Both the position numbers and the translations under genes were made by a program. A DNA stretch of 64,000 bases, from assembly GCF_009914755.1 (NCBI RefSeq), contig NC_060941.1, one strand, 5' to 3'. This document shows, in pieces, positions 1-20,692 of the stretch. The stretch comes from the human T2T-CHM13v2.0 reference genome, Homo sapiens. Position 1 is the stretch's first letter, and each line of letters starts with the position of its first letter. The notes under the pieces are model-generated. The model was not told the DNA's origin, searched no databases, and worked only from the letters and a program-made list of their open reading frames with translations.

Positions 1-367
1 TGTAGTGAGCCGCTGTCACACCACTGGACTCCGGCCTGGGCAACAGAGTGAGATGCTATCTTAAAAAAAAAAAAAAAAAGGCCGGGCGCGGTGGCTCAAG
101 CCTGTAATCCCAGCACTTTGGGAGGCCAAGGCGGGTGGATCACGAGTTCAGGAGATCGAGACTATCCTGGCTAACACGGTGAAACCCCGTCTCTACTAAA
201 AATACAAAAAAATTAGCCGGGCGTGGTGGCAGGCGCCTGTAGTCCCAGCTATTTGGGAGTCAGAAGAATGGCGTGAAACAGGGAGGCGGAGCTTGCAGTG
301 AGCCAAGATCGTGCCACTGCACTCCAGCTGGGGTGAGAGAGCGAGACTCCGTCTCAAAAAAAAAAAA
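1..367 (+). mobile_element. Alu 3' end followed by a full-length AluY-like element (81-367)
   Basis: GGCCGGGCGCGGTGGCTC...GAGATCGAGAC...poly-A. Confidence 0.95.
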
Positions 368-440
368 GTCATCTTGTTTAGGCTTGTCTGCAGTCGTGAG
401 AAAACAGGAGACAAAGGTTCACCACGTATGAAGTTTTGGT

Positions 441-850
441 TGTCTGGGTTGAATGGAGTCCCTAAAAAGATTTATTGAAATCACACCCTCTGGAAGCTGT
501 GACTGTGACCTTAGTTGGAAATACTTTGGTCTTTGCAGATGTAATCAGGTTAGGAGGAGGTCCGTAGGGTGGGCTCTAATCCAATAGGACCATGAAAGGG
601 TCTCAGAGACCTGTGGGGGCCCATGGGCCCCACTGTGAAAACTGCTGCTCTGAGCCATGCCTGTGCTCCTGCCAACTCCTGCCTGTGACCATGTAGGTGT
701 GGCCCACGAGGAGACTCCAGCAGTGAGATGTGAGGGCGTCTGCTGGGGGTTCGCAAACAGGAACGCGGACTCCAAGTCTCCTCTCAGCGTCTGGGCACTG
801 TGGGCCCACCCACGAGCCTCCTGTCCTGTGATACAGAGCAGCTCCCTGGT
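441..850 (+). mobile_element. MLT1-type MaLR LTR remnant
   Basis: tgaatgg..tccctaaaaagat...tgtgaccttagttggaaata...tctttgcagatgtaatcag...ctaatccaata is typical of MLT1; 3' boundary approximate. Confidence 0.65.
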
Positions 851-1684
851 GCCACCTCCAGATGGATTTTCTGTTGCTGGAAGTTAAACCAGCCTCAGTA
901 ATTCACATAATATCTATTTCAGCATTTTCCCACGGAGGGGGCACAGGGAGGGGGCATTTTTCTTTTTTCTTCTTCCAAATTTAGCTTGAAGGCTAACATG
1001 TTTTTCATTTTTAAAATAGTTCCGTCTGTGATGTGCAAACAGTGGAAATGCAACTTGAACCAGCCTAAGCACGATGTCGATTTTATGGAAGGATGGTTGG
1101 GAGTGTCTCCTGTGAGCTGGGAAGGGCTGACCGGCTGTGCTGTGGGAAGGGCCAGGTGTGGCCGGCCTGGAAGTAGCTGAGCCAGGGACCCAGTGCCGGC
1201 GAGGCCGGCCCACCTGCCGCCTTTGTTCCTCCCACGGTGCCCGCTGGTCTTCCTGTCGCTGCAGAGGGGCTCCCTCCTCACAGGAGAAAACATGGCCCCC
1301 AGGTTTCACCCCTTGGAGAGAGAACGGCCTCACTCACTCTCAGGTCTGATCCCCAAATTCCCATATAAGGGAATTCCCCAGTGGGGATCAGTGCCCACCT
1401 CCGGGTGAATCAACTACATTGGGGGTCTCATCATGCTTGGGGCCCCGCATCTCTGCATCTTAGTGCGTCCTCTGAGCGCACGGAACTGAAACCCCAGCAG
1501 ATGACGCAGCTTCCAGCCGGGAGGGCCAGCGGGGGCAGAGGCAACAAGGTCACAGCTGGATGAGGCTGGTGGGCGAGGCAGAGGCCGTCGCCAGGCCCCT
1601 CTCTGCTCTCCCCTGCACTACGGGACCCCTGCACCGCTGCCCCTCACACAGTCCCCTCTTCCCTTCAGAAGCAGAGCCCCCCGC

Positions 1685-1828
1685 CAGTGGTTCCCACGCT
1701 GGAGCAGGGCACAGCGGCCACACCCAGAGGCTCCCATTCAGCACTGGGGGCCCAGGAATCTGCATTTGCAACGTGGTTACAGATGGTGGTGATGCTACAG
1801 CTCCAGGAACCCCACTTTGAGAACTAAG
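1685..1828. mobile_element. MER5A-like DNA transposon remnant
   Basis: cagtggttccca...ggcccaggaatctgcattt...gatgct...ccactttgagaac. Confidence 0.6.
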
Positions 1829-2099
1829 TGGGAGGGGATCTCTCCAAACATGGCTGCACCAGCGCCCACCCCTGACGGGAGACAGCACGTGCCTTCCGAG
1901 TGCTCATAGGGGAAGCCTGCGTCCGCCTTCCAGCCCTGTGGTCTCTGGTCTTCCCAGCGGGTGAGGGCCCCGGGCACTGGCTCTGCCCTTTGGGCACAGC
2001 AGGGAGGGTTCGGGGATGGCTGCTGGCCGTGGCTGGGACATAAGAGACCCAGGATGAGTGCTTGGGGCGCTTCTCCATCCACCCTTGAGACCCCTCAGG

Positions 2100-2530
2100 C
2101 CCCACCTTATTGTCTCACCTGACTCCCCCCAAACCCCACCTCAAACCTGACCCCCACCTGACCCTCACCTCAAACCTGACCCCCGCTCAACCCCCACCTC
2201 TCACCATACCTCTCACCCAACTCCCACCTCTCACTCGACCCCCACCTCTTACCCAACCCCCACTCGACCCCCACCCAACCCTCACCTGACCTCTTCACAC
2301 CCCCCCCAAACCTGACCCCCACCTCTCACTCTATCCTCACCCCTCACCTGACCCCACCCGACCTGCACCTCCAACCTGACCCCCACCTCTCACTCTATCC
2401 TCACCCCTCACCTGACCCCACCCGACCTGCACCTCCAACCTGACTCTCACCCAATCCTCCACTCTTATCCGACCCCCACCTGACCCCTACCCAACCCTCA
2501 CCTGACCTCTTCACACCCCCACCTCTACTG
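2100..2530. repeat. C-rich degenerate repeat (ACCTGACCCCC-like) with an internal 64-bp duplication
   Basis: Recurrent cacctgacccc/cacctctcac; 2309-2440 is two near-exact copies. Confidence 0.85.
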
Positions 2531-3747
2531 CAGTCCGGCGGAGCCCACGTGCCCTACTCACACTGGCTGCGCCTCCTGGCACCGCTGAGCTCATGGCCCT
2601 GTTGTGTTCTGCTCCTGCCCCATGTGAGGGCACAGCCCACGTCTGCTCTTCTCAGCTGTTTTGCTGAGGACACCAGACGATGTGTTTCTGGAATACTCCA
2701 TGCCACTCCAGCACCTGAAAAAACCAGGCCCCCGTTTTGCACGTGCGTGGCCCTTCTCACTGGGTCAGCGCCCCTGGGTCCTTCAGGACTCCACCCGGGG
2801 GGCGACAGCTCCGGCAGGAAGCCCCTCTGCCCTGGTCCCATCAGAACCATCAGTGGACACACCTGTCGCCTCCAGGGCGGGGCTGACCACAGGGCAATGC
2901 TGCCACACCTCCCCGGGGAGTGAACTTTGACTTCTCCTCCACACTGACTGTGCAGCCCTGGAAGGTTTGTAGTGAACTTGTAGAAAACGGAAAACGTGAC
3001 CCTGCCTGGCCCAGCGGTTTTGGTCCTGTGGACCCAGCAGCCTGGCGTCTGACTTAGCAATTCTGTGTCACTGCTGCTTCCACCGGCTGCAGAATCGGGG
3101 CTTTCAGGAACGTCTCCAGCCAGCTCCTGAGTCTTTCCGGGCCCCCCACTCATGACCCGGGTGAACCTAACGTGCGTTCACCTCCCATTTATGTGAGGGT
3201 GACGTTCTAACAACTTGAGACTACGACCATGCCCAGGGGAGTGTGGGCTCTCTGCAGGCATCCGGCGCGTTTCCAGACACAGCTGAGGCCGGACGTGCTG
3301 GGTCAGTGAGGGCTGAGATGTGCAGCCTCGGGCCTTTCCTGGGACACTCCCCCGACCCTGCCTGTCATCCCGACATGCCCCTCAGCATTCCTACACTCAT
3401 AGGAATGAGTCCTGCACTCATAGGAAATGGGGGGCTCAGGCAGGTGGGTGGTCTGTCCTCAGGACAACCCAAATCCCTGACCCAAACCTCTTCACTCCCG
3501 TCTCGTGCTCACCACCGTGCAGCCTCTTAATGAACCACCTCCCACCCCTCGGAGCCAGGCAGGGCGCGCTGTGCATGGGGATGGGTCTGAGCTGGTCTTG
3601 AGTCGGTGGAACCCTGGAAGAAGTGGCTCCGTCATTCTCGTTGCCATGGGCCATCTGGCCCTGCAGGTGTGGATCGGGGACAGTGAGGATGCAGGACTGG
3701 TCTGCAGCTGCAGAGTCCAAAGACGGGAGCCCAAAGTCCCCATCTTC

Positions 3748-3881
3748 AAAGACTATCACTTTGCAGGTAGAGTTCCAGTGGATTAATCTGGGGGCACACA
3801 AACATTTGGTCCATAAAAGACTATCACTTTGCAGGTACAGTTCCAGTAGATTAATCTGGGGGCACACAAACATTTGGTCCA
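3748..3881. repeat. 68-bp two-copy tandem duplication
   Basis: aaagactatcactttgcaggta...ttaatctgggggcacacaaacatttggtcca at 3748 and 3816. Confidence 0.92.
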
Positions 3882-4094
3882 CAATAGGGCCCATGGTGGG
3901 GGGGGGACCTGGGCACCACCGAGGGTGGAAGCAAGTTGTGGAATGTGGAGCCCACCCCATAGAGCCTGGGCAGGGAGGTGGGTGCGGCTGTCCCTCGGCC
4001 TCTGGTCCAGGGGCCCTTGGATGGCCCTCAGCACTAAGCGAGGGTGTCTCCAACCCAGCCCGTGGATGCGTGGGGCCGAGGGTTCTTGGTTGGG

Positions 4095-4245
4095 GTGCAC
4101 CTGAGCACTGTGGGGTGTTGGGCAGTGTCCTGGCCCCCGTACGTTAGATGCCAGCAACACTGCCACCTCCTACAACAATCAGAAATGCTCCCAGAATTGT
4201 CAAAGTGGGGGGTGCTGCCCTTCCCAACAGTTGAAGAGCACTGGT
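4095..4245. mobile_element. MER20-like DNA transposon remnant
   Basis: tagatgccagcaacac...acaatcagaaatgctcccaga...gttgaagagcactgg. Confidence 0.55.
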
Positions 4246-4248
4246 TGA

Positions 4249-7870
<3,622 letters not shown>

Positions 7871-8660
7871 CCTACCCGCACCTGCTCATCCCCACCCTCA
7901 GCAGCCGGAGCTGTAGCTGCTGGACAGGTAGGGGAGGTCTGGGTGGGCCCGGGTGAGCCCATGGGAAGTGTGAGGGACCAAGGAGACCCCTCAGGTGTGT
8001 GTTCACAGACCCCAGGGTGATGAGGCTCCAACAGCCCAGGAGGGCGTGTCCTGCATGGCCGGAGGAGCTGGGGGTGAGGACTGGGGTGGACAGGGCCTCA
8101 CACAAGGCTGGACACAGATCCCCTTGGCCTGTACCTGGGGAGGGTAGCGCTGATCCCTGGGCAGGCTGTGGCTCGGGCCTCCGCAGCTCCACATGGCTGC
8201 TGCCTGTCCTGGACCCCAGGCATCCACACCGCAGGCTAGCTGTTCTCCAGCCTCCAAGGCTCAGACCCTGGGTGTACACACCACACTCCAGTGGACGCTT
8301 GGAGTGTCCAGCCTCTAAGGCTTGTGTCCTTGTGTTCTTGCCCCACCTCCTGCCGGGTTTCTGCCCCTGATGGTTCACACCAGGCGGACCCGAGTAGAGA
8401 AGACGGGATGGGTCTGGGCTCACATGGGTGCGCTATCGTTTCTGTTCTGGAAAGTTCCAGCAGGACCTCACCACCCCGCTGTTCCCGCCTGGCTCTACAG
8501 TTCAGAGCTGCCAGGGTTCCCACTCAGGCTCTAGAGCTTGAAAACCCCTCAGTCGTCAGGGGGAGGGATGCAGGCTAAACGTACAAACTTCAATTGGAGC
8601 CGGTGCTGCAGTTGTTGGTGGCCGAAGGCCACCCGTTCTGAGCCCCGTGCCAGCTCCTAA

Positions 8661-8718
8661 CCTGGTCACGGCCCCCGCAGCAGCCTGCACCTGGTCACGG
8701 CCCCCGCAGCAGCCTGCA
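8661..8718. repeat. Perfect 29-bp two-copy tandem duplication
   Basis: cctggtcacggcccccgcagcagcctgca x2. Confidence 0.95.
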
Positions 8719-9448
8719 TGGGCAGCCTCCCCCATGTGCCTGCTGTGGGGAGAATCTCGGGTTTTGAGTGGCTCAAGCAGGACCAGCTTCAAGGAGTGCG
8801 GGGGGAGTATTGCTCCCTGGTCTCAGCCCAGACCCCTGACTGGGGAGGTCAGCAGCTGCGCCTGAGGGTGAGGTGGGGCTGCCAGAAGTAGCAGGACGCT
8901 GGAGGGGAGGACAAGAAGGAGGTGGACGGACAGGGACCCTTCAAAAGGTGCCACTTTTCAAAGCCAGAGCAGGCACGGCCATTCCCCAGGGTACAAGGGG
9001 GACCCATCTGCTCCTCCCAACACCACAGCAGCTTCGCTTAGGATGGAGGTGACGCCGCAGGCTGGTGGGAAGAGATGGCCCCAGGTCCCTGCAGAGGCTC
9101 CACCGGCTGCGGGCAGCCCTGAGGCGGCCAGACCCCACACAGGCCGACAGGAGCCACGTGGAGGACACAAAGGCTCCTGCCGGCTCAGCTACGCCCCCTA
9201 GTTAGGGCTGACCCCCTCTTGGGAACACCTGTTTCTGTCCGTTCGTGTCTTTAATCCACGTCCCACCTGGCGAGTGTTGTGGGCTTCATTTTGCATACTT
9301 GGAGGTCAGAGGGAGTGAGAAATTTGGCTGGGGTGGAATCCTGACTCCACTCCTCCCAGCCGGGTTGCCAAGTGGTTTGGGCAGCAGGGCCCCCTCTGGG
9401 CCTCAGTTTCCCCGTGTCTCGAGTGGGAGCGGCTCCTTGCACCTGTGA

Positions 9449-10020
<572 letters not shown>

Positions 10021-10634
10021 GGCAGACACTTTCTGAGTGCACCAGGCTCTGCGGCGGTGTCGTGGGGGCGCCGGGCTCTGGGTGGGGGCACCAGGCTCGG
10101 TGGCAATGTCACGGGATCCTTGGGGTGTTGCTTCGCCAGCTGGAAACCTCTGTGGCCAGTCGCACCTTTGCCCAAGTTTTTACTCAGGCCCACTGGGCTC
10201 ATTCAGTGCACTTGGCCTGACAGGCTGTGCTCAGCTCATGCTACTGGTATGAATCTCACACCTGCCAGGCATGGAGTGGCGAGGGGTGTGTGAGGGAGAA
10301 ATCGTGAGGTCTGGCCACTGTGCACAGCCAGGCACACCGGCTATGGTAGAGCGGGCCATTTCGGGTGCCACTGGGGGCGCTGGCTCCCTGCGAGGCTGCA
10401 GCTGGACCAGGTGCACCATGAGCAGGTTCCATGGCTGGCACGGGGGAATGCAGGGGCACCCAGAAACTTGGAGACGCCGGGAGCCGCAGAGCCTCAGAGA
10501 CGGTGTCGCAGGCCTGGCTGGGGAGGTCTTAGGTCTGGGCTTCCCGAAGGGACACAGCTCTTCTCTCCCTCTCTCTTCTCTCCTTCTTGTCACTCACAAC
10601 ATTGTTAGCAAGGGACGTGTTTCAGCCCTGTTTG

Positions 10635-11582
10635 TGTGACAGCTCTTTTAGCCCTGCCGTTTGGCAGGTCACGAGTTCTTGTCTTGCATCCAGGAAGAAT
10701 GAGGTATGGGCACAAGTAGAGGGTGAGCAAGGCCAGCAGGAAATTTACTGAGCAACAGAACAGCTCAGAGGAGACTCGCAGTGGGTAGCTCCTCCCCGCA
10801 GGCAGGGCATCCCAGCTAGCGTTCAGCTCTCAGCAGAGAGGAGACCCTGGAATGGGTAGTTCCTCTCTGCAGCTGGCAGTCCCAATGTCTGCTCAGCTCT
10901 CAGCAGAGAGGGGAGCCTGGAGCAGGTAGCTCCTCTCTGCAGCTGGTAGTTCCAGCATCTGCTCAGCTCTCAGCGGAGGGGGGACCCTGGAGTGGGTAGC
11001 TCCTCTCTGCAGGCAGGTCATCCTGTCATCTCCTCAAATCTGGCTGAGTCTGGGGTTTTCATAGGCTTCAGAGGGGAGGAAGTGCATGCTGACTGGTTCA
11101 TGGGCGGCCATGGGTGGGCCTGGACAAAGCACTATAAGTTCCCATTCTGGTCCCTCAGCCCAGCTCCCAGGCTTCAGGCCATCCCTGGCTTCAGGGTGGG
11201 CCTTCACTGTGGACCTGCCCCTTTCCACCCAAGAGCCTCTCTGCCTCCTGCCGTCATCTATGGCGTCCAGGCTGATTGTGCCAAGGAGCTGCCCTCAGCC
11301 CCTTCTCAGCCATGGTTGGGAAGCTGCACCTGAACCCAGGAGGATGGGGTTCCTGCCCACTCCCACCCCCAAGAGCAAAGGAATGTGCAGATCTGGAACC
11401 ATGGCTGGGCAGCTGCCACTGAACCTGGGGAGCACAAGGCTCTCTCCCTGCTGGCTTGGAAGGTGGGTGGCTTCTGCCTGTTCCTGGCTCCCACCAGCTC
11501 CGTGGAGCACGCAGCCCCGGCGCCACCTCCCCACTGCTGCTGGTGTCATGACAGTGACTACTCCAGACAGGCCGCCGCCATC
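10635..11582 (-). mobile_element. MER52-family ERV1 LTR
   Basis: Reverse complement begins GATGGCGGCGGCCTGTCTGGAG and ends AGCTGTCACA; internal ~65-bp repeats (cagctctcagcagagag...gggtagctcctctctgcag) at 10780-11010; family recognised from memory. Confidence 0.7.
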
Positions 11583-11912
11583 TGTGCGTGTCACATATCT
11601 ATGCAGAGACTGCTGCAGACAGGCCGCCGCCATCTGTGGGCGTCGCATGCCCATGCAGAGACTGCTCCAGACAGGCCGCCGCCATCTGTGGGCGTCGCAT
11701 GCCCACGCAGTGACTGCTCCAGACGGGCCGCCGCCATCTGTGGGCGTCGCGTGCCCACGCAGAGACTGCTCCGGACTGGCCGCCGCCATCTGTGGGCGTC
11801 GCATGTCTATACAGAGACTGCTCCAGACTGGCCGCCGCCATCTGTGGGTGTCGCATGTCTATGTAGTGACTGCTCCAGACAGGCTGCTGCCGCCATCTGT
11901 GGGTGCCACATG
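11552..11912. repeat. 52-bp minisatellite, about 7 copies
   Basis: Unit GACTGCTCCAGACAGGCCGCCGCCATCTGTGGGCGTCGCATGCCCATGCAGA starting at 11556, 11608, 11660, 11712, 11764, 11816, 11868. Confidence 0.95.
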
Positions 11913-12611
11913 CAGAGTGACCCAGGGGCTTGCCACAAGGGGGACAGTCAGGCAGGGACTCTGTGTGCACATGCATCCAAGCACAAGGCAGGTGTGGGCA
12001 GAGAAGCGAGTTGGAGCCATCCTCAGGAGGAGTGAATTACTGGGGATGTTGACCTTGGGACACCAGGAAGAGAATCTCATTTGCAGAGGAGGAAAACGCT
12101 GCTGGAACGGAAAGTCTGAGAAAGACAGCAAGAGCAGGACAGAGCAAAGCAGGACGCGGGAGTGAAGGCCTGCAGTGTGGGTGCGTGTGCAAGACCCAGA
12201 AACGCGCAGATGTGTGGGGCCAGCAACACCACGGCCACATCCTCAGCCACAGAACAACACACAACATCTCAAGGATGAACTCATCAACGCACCAACGGTT
12301 AGTCTCTTATCTAATAAATAAAGCATATCCCGGTTACAAATAATCAACACAGATGTTTCAATGATCTTGAGTAGAAAGTTGAGAGCTTGTCATTTGAGTC
12401 AGGAAATGGGACTCCGCGGAAATGATGGCCTTGAGAGAGCCCTCATGTGTTCTTTGTGCAGTCGGCAATTCCATGTAGACAGGAAAAATGGACTGAAAAC
12501 TTAAACTGATATGATGAAGATAATATCATTCAATTGAAAATGAAAATGGAAAAAGTCATTTATAAACCATTTGAATGGACAAAAAAGAAAATTGGTTAGG
12601 AATTAAATTAG

Positions 12612-14038
<1,427 letters not shown>

Positions 14039-14289
14039 TCAGGAGAGGATTCGTGTTTGCTTCTCCCAACGTCCAGGGAAGCGACATTTCCTATTTGCTT
14101 TAGACTAAAATCTATACTTGAATTTTTTGTTTACTGTAGGTAATATTAACTAGGGTTGCAGTCCGTGGAGGGCCGACTATGCGAACGGTTTCTATGAACC
14201 ATCCTTTGCTGAAGGCTGAAACCTCTTCGTCCCCTGGGAGAGTTCCTATTCAGGCCTTCTTGTAGTTAGTTCATCCTTGTGTTGACAGC

Positions 14290-14570
14290 TATATTAGGGT
14301 TCTCCAGAGAGACGGATCCAGTAGGATATAGACGTAGATCCAGGACAGGAGATGGACTGGGGGAGCTGGCGTTTGCAATTACGGAGGCCGAGAAGTCTGT
14401 GAGCGGGAGACCCCGGGACTCGGGTAGCCGGGCTCAGCCCAGGTCGGAAGGCCTCAGAAGCGGGGAAGCGGATGGTGTGGCCCTCAGCACGACCCACCCC
14501 AAATCATGCCTTGCCAGGTTTCTGGGAATTCCTGGTCCAGCCCAGCTGGCACCTGACACTGGCCGTAACG
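14290..14570 (-). mobile_element. MLT2B-like ERVL LTR remnant just upstream of the FN3KRP promoter
   Basis: tattagggttctccagagagac...ggaggccgagaagtc...ggaaggcctcagaa..gggaagcggatggtgt matches the reverse MLT2 pattern; retains CpGs. Confidence 0.6.
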
Positions 14571-14859
14571 GCAGGGCCACTGTTAGCTGTTAGCTTCAGG
14601 GCCCCAGGTTTAGGGGCGGTGTCTCCGTTGCACGTGCACCCCGAGCGCGCCCGCCACTCCCCACATCAGGAGCTCTGTTCCTCGGGTTCAGCAAACGCCC
14701 GGGCGAAAGCAATCTTAACATTCTGGGCTCCCGGCACCCAGACCTTGGGCTGATGTCCCTTGCTAGTGGGTCAGCTCTTTAGAAAATATATTCTAACTAT
14801 TTCCATCAGCATTTCCACTTATTTTGTGCAGGAGAGTTGAACCCAAACCGTCTGGGTCG

Positions 14860-15720
14860 GGGTCGGTCAGGCCCCGCCCCCTGACGTCATCTCACCCCCA
14901 CCCAATCCCCCGTGCCTACCTGCCTCCCGGCCCCTCCCCTTCCCGCCCCTCAATCCCAGCGCTCATCTCTGCGGCCACGCCCGCCCCTTCCCGCCACCCA
15001 ATCCTAGCGCTTGTCTCTGCGGCCGGGCCCCGCCCCCACCCGCCCCCCGCCCAATCCTCGCGCGGACTCATGTTTGCCCGCTCGGCCGCCGTCTCTCGAG
15101 TCTCCGCCAGATCCGGGGCGGGTCCGCGGCCGCGGCGGGAACATGGAGGAGCTGCTGAGGCGCGAGCTGGGCTGCAGCTCTGTCAGGGCCACGGGCCACT
15201 CGGGGGGCGGGTGCATCAGCCAGGGCCGGAGCTACGACACGGATCAAGGACGAGTGTTCGTGAAAGTGAACCCCAAGGCGGAGGTCAGGCAGCGGGTCGG
15301 GCGGGCCGGGGGACCGGTTTCTTTCCGGAGAGGGTCGCGGGCCTCGGCGCGGGGCGCGGCCTGGGCTTCTCCCGCCGGAGGCCGTGGGTGGCTCTCCCGG
15401 GACTGCCGCCGCCGCCCCTTGCGGGGAACCCTTTGCGCGGGGCGAGCGGTGAACGGGGGCGGCGGAAGCGTCCGGGGCGTCCGGAGGAGTTTGCACCTGC
15501 GGGGAACTGTCCGGAGCAGGAACCGCGGCCGCCCCACACCTCCTGTTCTCCGTGAACTTTCTCTCGGGGGCGCTACGTGAAATGGGGCGGGTCTGGCTGC
15601 TGCAGTCTTGCTCCCCGGGTTCCTGCCCTGCGGTGCTGGTTAAGTGGGGTCGTTCTAGCCGGGGAAGCTGCTTAAGTCCTCAGCTTAAGTGACTCTGGAG
15701 GTGTCCATCCCCCGTGAGCC
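14860..15720 (+). promoter_or_regulatory. FN3KRP: FN3KRP CpG-island promoter (TATA-less; CRE, CCAAT and GC boxes)
   Basis: Dense CpG; palindromic TGACGTCA at 14882; CCAAT at 14902, 14998 and 15051; several CCCGCCC boxes. Confidence 0.85.
15143..15283 (+). CDS. FN3KRP: Ketosamine-3-kinase (FN3K-related protein), coding exon 1
   Basis: ATG at 15143 (AACATGG) in a CpG island; [47 protein letters not shown] with GGGCIS P-loop and VFVK lysine; donor GAG|GTCAGG; 141 nt, phase 0. Confidence 0.98.
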
Positions 15721-15818
15721 TCGGTCAGTACGTTGTGAAACGGGGCGAAGGTGCTGCCCCCAGGCCAGCTGCTGCGCCTCACCACACCCTGGCATGCTCT
15801 GTCCTTCTGTTAGACTCA

Positions 15819-16706
<888 letters not shown>

Positions 16707-17293
16707 GTGAGTAGGGGGACCCAAGGGAGGAGTTGCTGTGGTCCCGGGGAGTTGGATGGAAACGGCATCTCAAGATGAGGTGGTTTCCAGTGCTGGGCAG
16801 GAGGTGGCATGGAACTTGGTGGTCTCTTCAGGTGAAAAGTGACCCCAGGTCACTGGCATAGGCAGCCAGGGTGCCGCCTGCACCTGAGAGGTCGGGTGAG
16901 TCTGTGTCCTGTAGGTGGAACAGGACTGCAGTTGAGGTGTCGTCTGAGGACACTGACAGGTAACCCATGTTCACAGTCCCACTGTTGCCGGATCTTAGTG
17001 GAATATTAGTGCCTTCGATTTTCCTCTCTCCAGAGAACCTCCCAATTCAACCACAGCACACAAGTGTAGTCCAACACTGGAAAGCTCAAGCCCTCTTCTT
17101 CCAGTACAGCCTCTGAACCTGTAGCCTACCCTGTTGGCAAGTGTGTTTGAAAACACTGTCCATGTGTATGGAATCCTCAGTCAGGATAGTCTTGGTTTGA
17201 AGTTGTAATGCTAGAGGAAAACATATCTACAGAACCTTCCGGAAGTAACCTTGCCTCCCTGTATTTCCACTTCCTCTCGTATTTTTCTGACAG

Positions 17294-17432
17294 GCCAGAA
17301 GAATGTTTGAAGGTGAGATGGCAAGTTTAACTGCCATCCTGAAAACAAACACGGTGAAAGTGCCCAAGCCCATCAAGGTTCTGGATGCCCCAGGCGGCGG
17401 GAGCGTGCTGGTGATGGAGCACATGGACATGA

Positions 17433-17445
<13 letters not shown>
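17294..17445 (+). CDS. FN3KRP: FN3KRP exon 2
   Basis: Acceptor tttttctgacag|; [50 protein letters not shown]; donor AG|GTGCAT; 152 nt, same size as FN3K exon 2. Confidence 0.97.
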
Positions 17446-18202
<757 letters not shown>

Positions 18203-18397
18203 TCAAATAATCAACACCTTTATCCCCCTCTTGCTTCACCAGAACCTACTTTCTGTCCTCAAAATGTCCGACCTACTAGCCGGCTGTGGTGGCTCACGCC
18301 TCTAATCCCGGCACTTTGGGAGGCCAAGGTGGGCGGATGACTTGAGGTCAGAGTTTGAGACCAGTCTGGCCAACACAGTGAAACCCCGCCTCTACTA

Positions 18398-18586
<189 letters not shown>

Positions 18587-18666
18587 TTATGTGCCCTGAG
18601 ACTGAGCAGTGGGTGTGTTGCCATTCTGTGTGTCATCTGTTTAGTTGCTGTCGTTTGATTTGACAG

Positions 18667-18758
18667 TCATGCTGCAAAGCTTGGAGCCCAGCTGGCCGAT
18701 TTACACCTTGATAACAAGAAGCTTGGAGAGATGCGCCTGAAGGAGGCGGGCACAGTGG
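18667..18758 (+). CDS. FN3KRP: FN3KRP exon 3
   Basis: Acceptor tttgacag|; (S)[30 protein letters not shown]; donor G|GTATGG; 92 nt. Confidence 0.97.
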
Positions 18759-19861
18759 GTATGGCACTGCGCGGGCCACGGGTGCTCCCGCCTAGAGGAG
18801 GACGTTCAGCCGGTGTGGGCTCAGAGCGGGGGCCGTGCAGCAGCCGTGGGAGGGTCGGACGTGGGCTGATGGCAGAGCAAGGGAATGTCGGCCTTGAGCC
18901 GCATCTCACGGTGCACTGAACACAGTGACTGTGATGCGTCTGTTGTGTCCTAAATGCATTTGAAAGATGAAAACATTTGCTGGACACAAGACACCCCTAG
19001 TGTTACAGTTACTTTTACCTCTCGTTCCCCAGAAGAGTGTAAGCAGAGGCTCTCTGGCTGTCTGTAAAAGGCAAGACCTTTAACCCAGGGTCTGTTCCTG
19101 TAAAACAGTCATACTTGAGGCTCAGAATTACAGCCATCATGTCTGACCTTCTTTCCAGAGCATAACGCGCTGTCAGGATCGAGGGAATTTTCCGGTATTT
19201 TAATCTGCTGACATTTGGAATCCGTGTGCAGCCCACATGGTAAATGTGGGGAGATTTGCTGATGATCGGAACAGATCACCAGGGGCCTGCTGTAGGAGAC
19301 GGAGACATGCTGTTAGTCTGTTCTGTGAGGGTCCATGACGGATCCACCCAGGCGGCCTGTGTGGTGAGGATCCACTGAGAGGCCTCCCAGGTCGCCTGTC
19401 CTGTCTCTTCCAGTCTTAACGGAGTTTAGTCCATTGGGATTTTCCTTGAATTAGGGAGACTGCAGAGGAGTGAGATTCTTTCTTTCTTTCTTTCTTTTTT
19501 TTGAGACGGAGTTTCACTCTTGTCCCCCAGGCTGGAGGGCAGTGGTGCAATCTTGGCTCACCGCGACCTCTGCCTCCTGGGTTCAAGCGATTTTCCTGCC
19601 TCAGCCTCCTGAGTAGCTGGGATTACAGGTGCATGCCACTGTGCCCACCTAATTTTTGTATTTTTAGTAGAGACGGGGTTTCACCATGTAGGCCAGGCTG
19701 GTCTCAATCTCCTGACCTCAGGTGATCCACCCACCTCAGCCTCCCAAAGTGCTGGGATTACAGGCGTGAGCCACTGCACCCTGCCTGAGATTATTTCAAA
19801 GCACAATAGTTTATCTGACACACATGGCACCAGGTTTGCCACTGAGAGCCATCCTTTCTGA

Positions 19862-20080
<219 letters not shown>

Positions 20081-20183
20081 TAGTAGAGACAGGGTTTCAC
20101 CGTGTTAGCCGGGATGGTCTCGACTTCCTGACCTCGTGATCCACCTGCCTCGGCCTCCCAAAGTGCTGGGATTACAGGCATGA

Positions 20184-20360
<177 letters not shown>

Positions 20361-20471
20361 TAGCTGGGATTACAGGCATGCGCCACCATGCCCAGCTAAT
20401 TTTGTATTTGTAGTAGAGATGGGGTTTCTCCATGTTGGTCAGGCTGGTCTCAAATTCCCGACCTCAGGTGA

Positions 20472-20692
<221 letters not shown>

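Noticed and set aside
11086-12165. 359-aa and 216-aa ORFs with repeated peptides
   Set aside because: They translate the MER52-like LTR and the 52-bp minisatellite.
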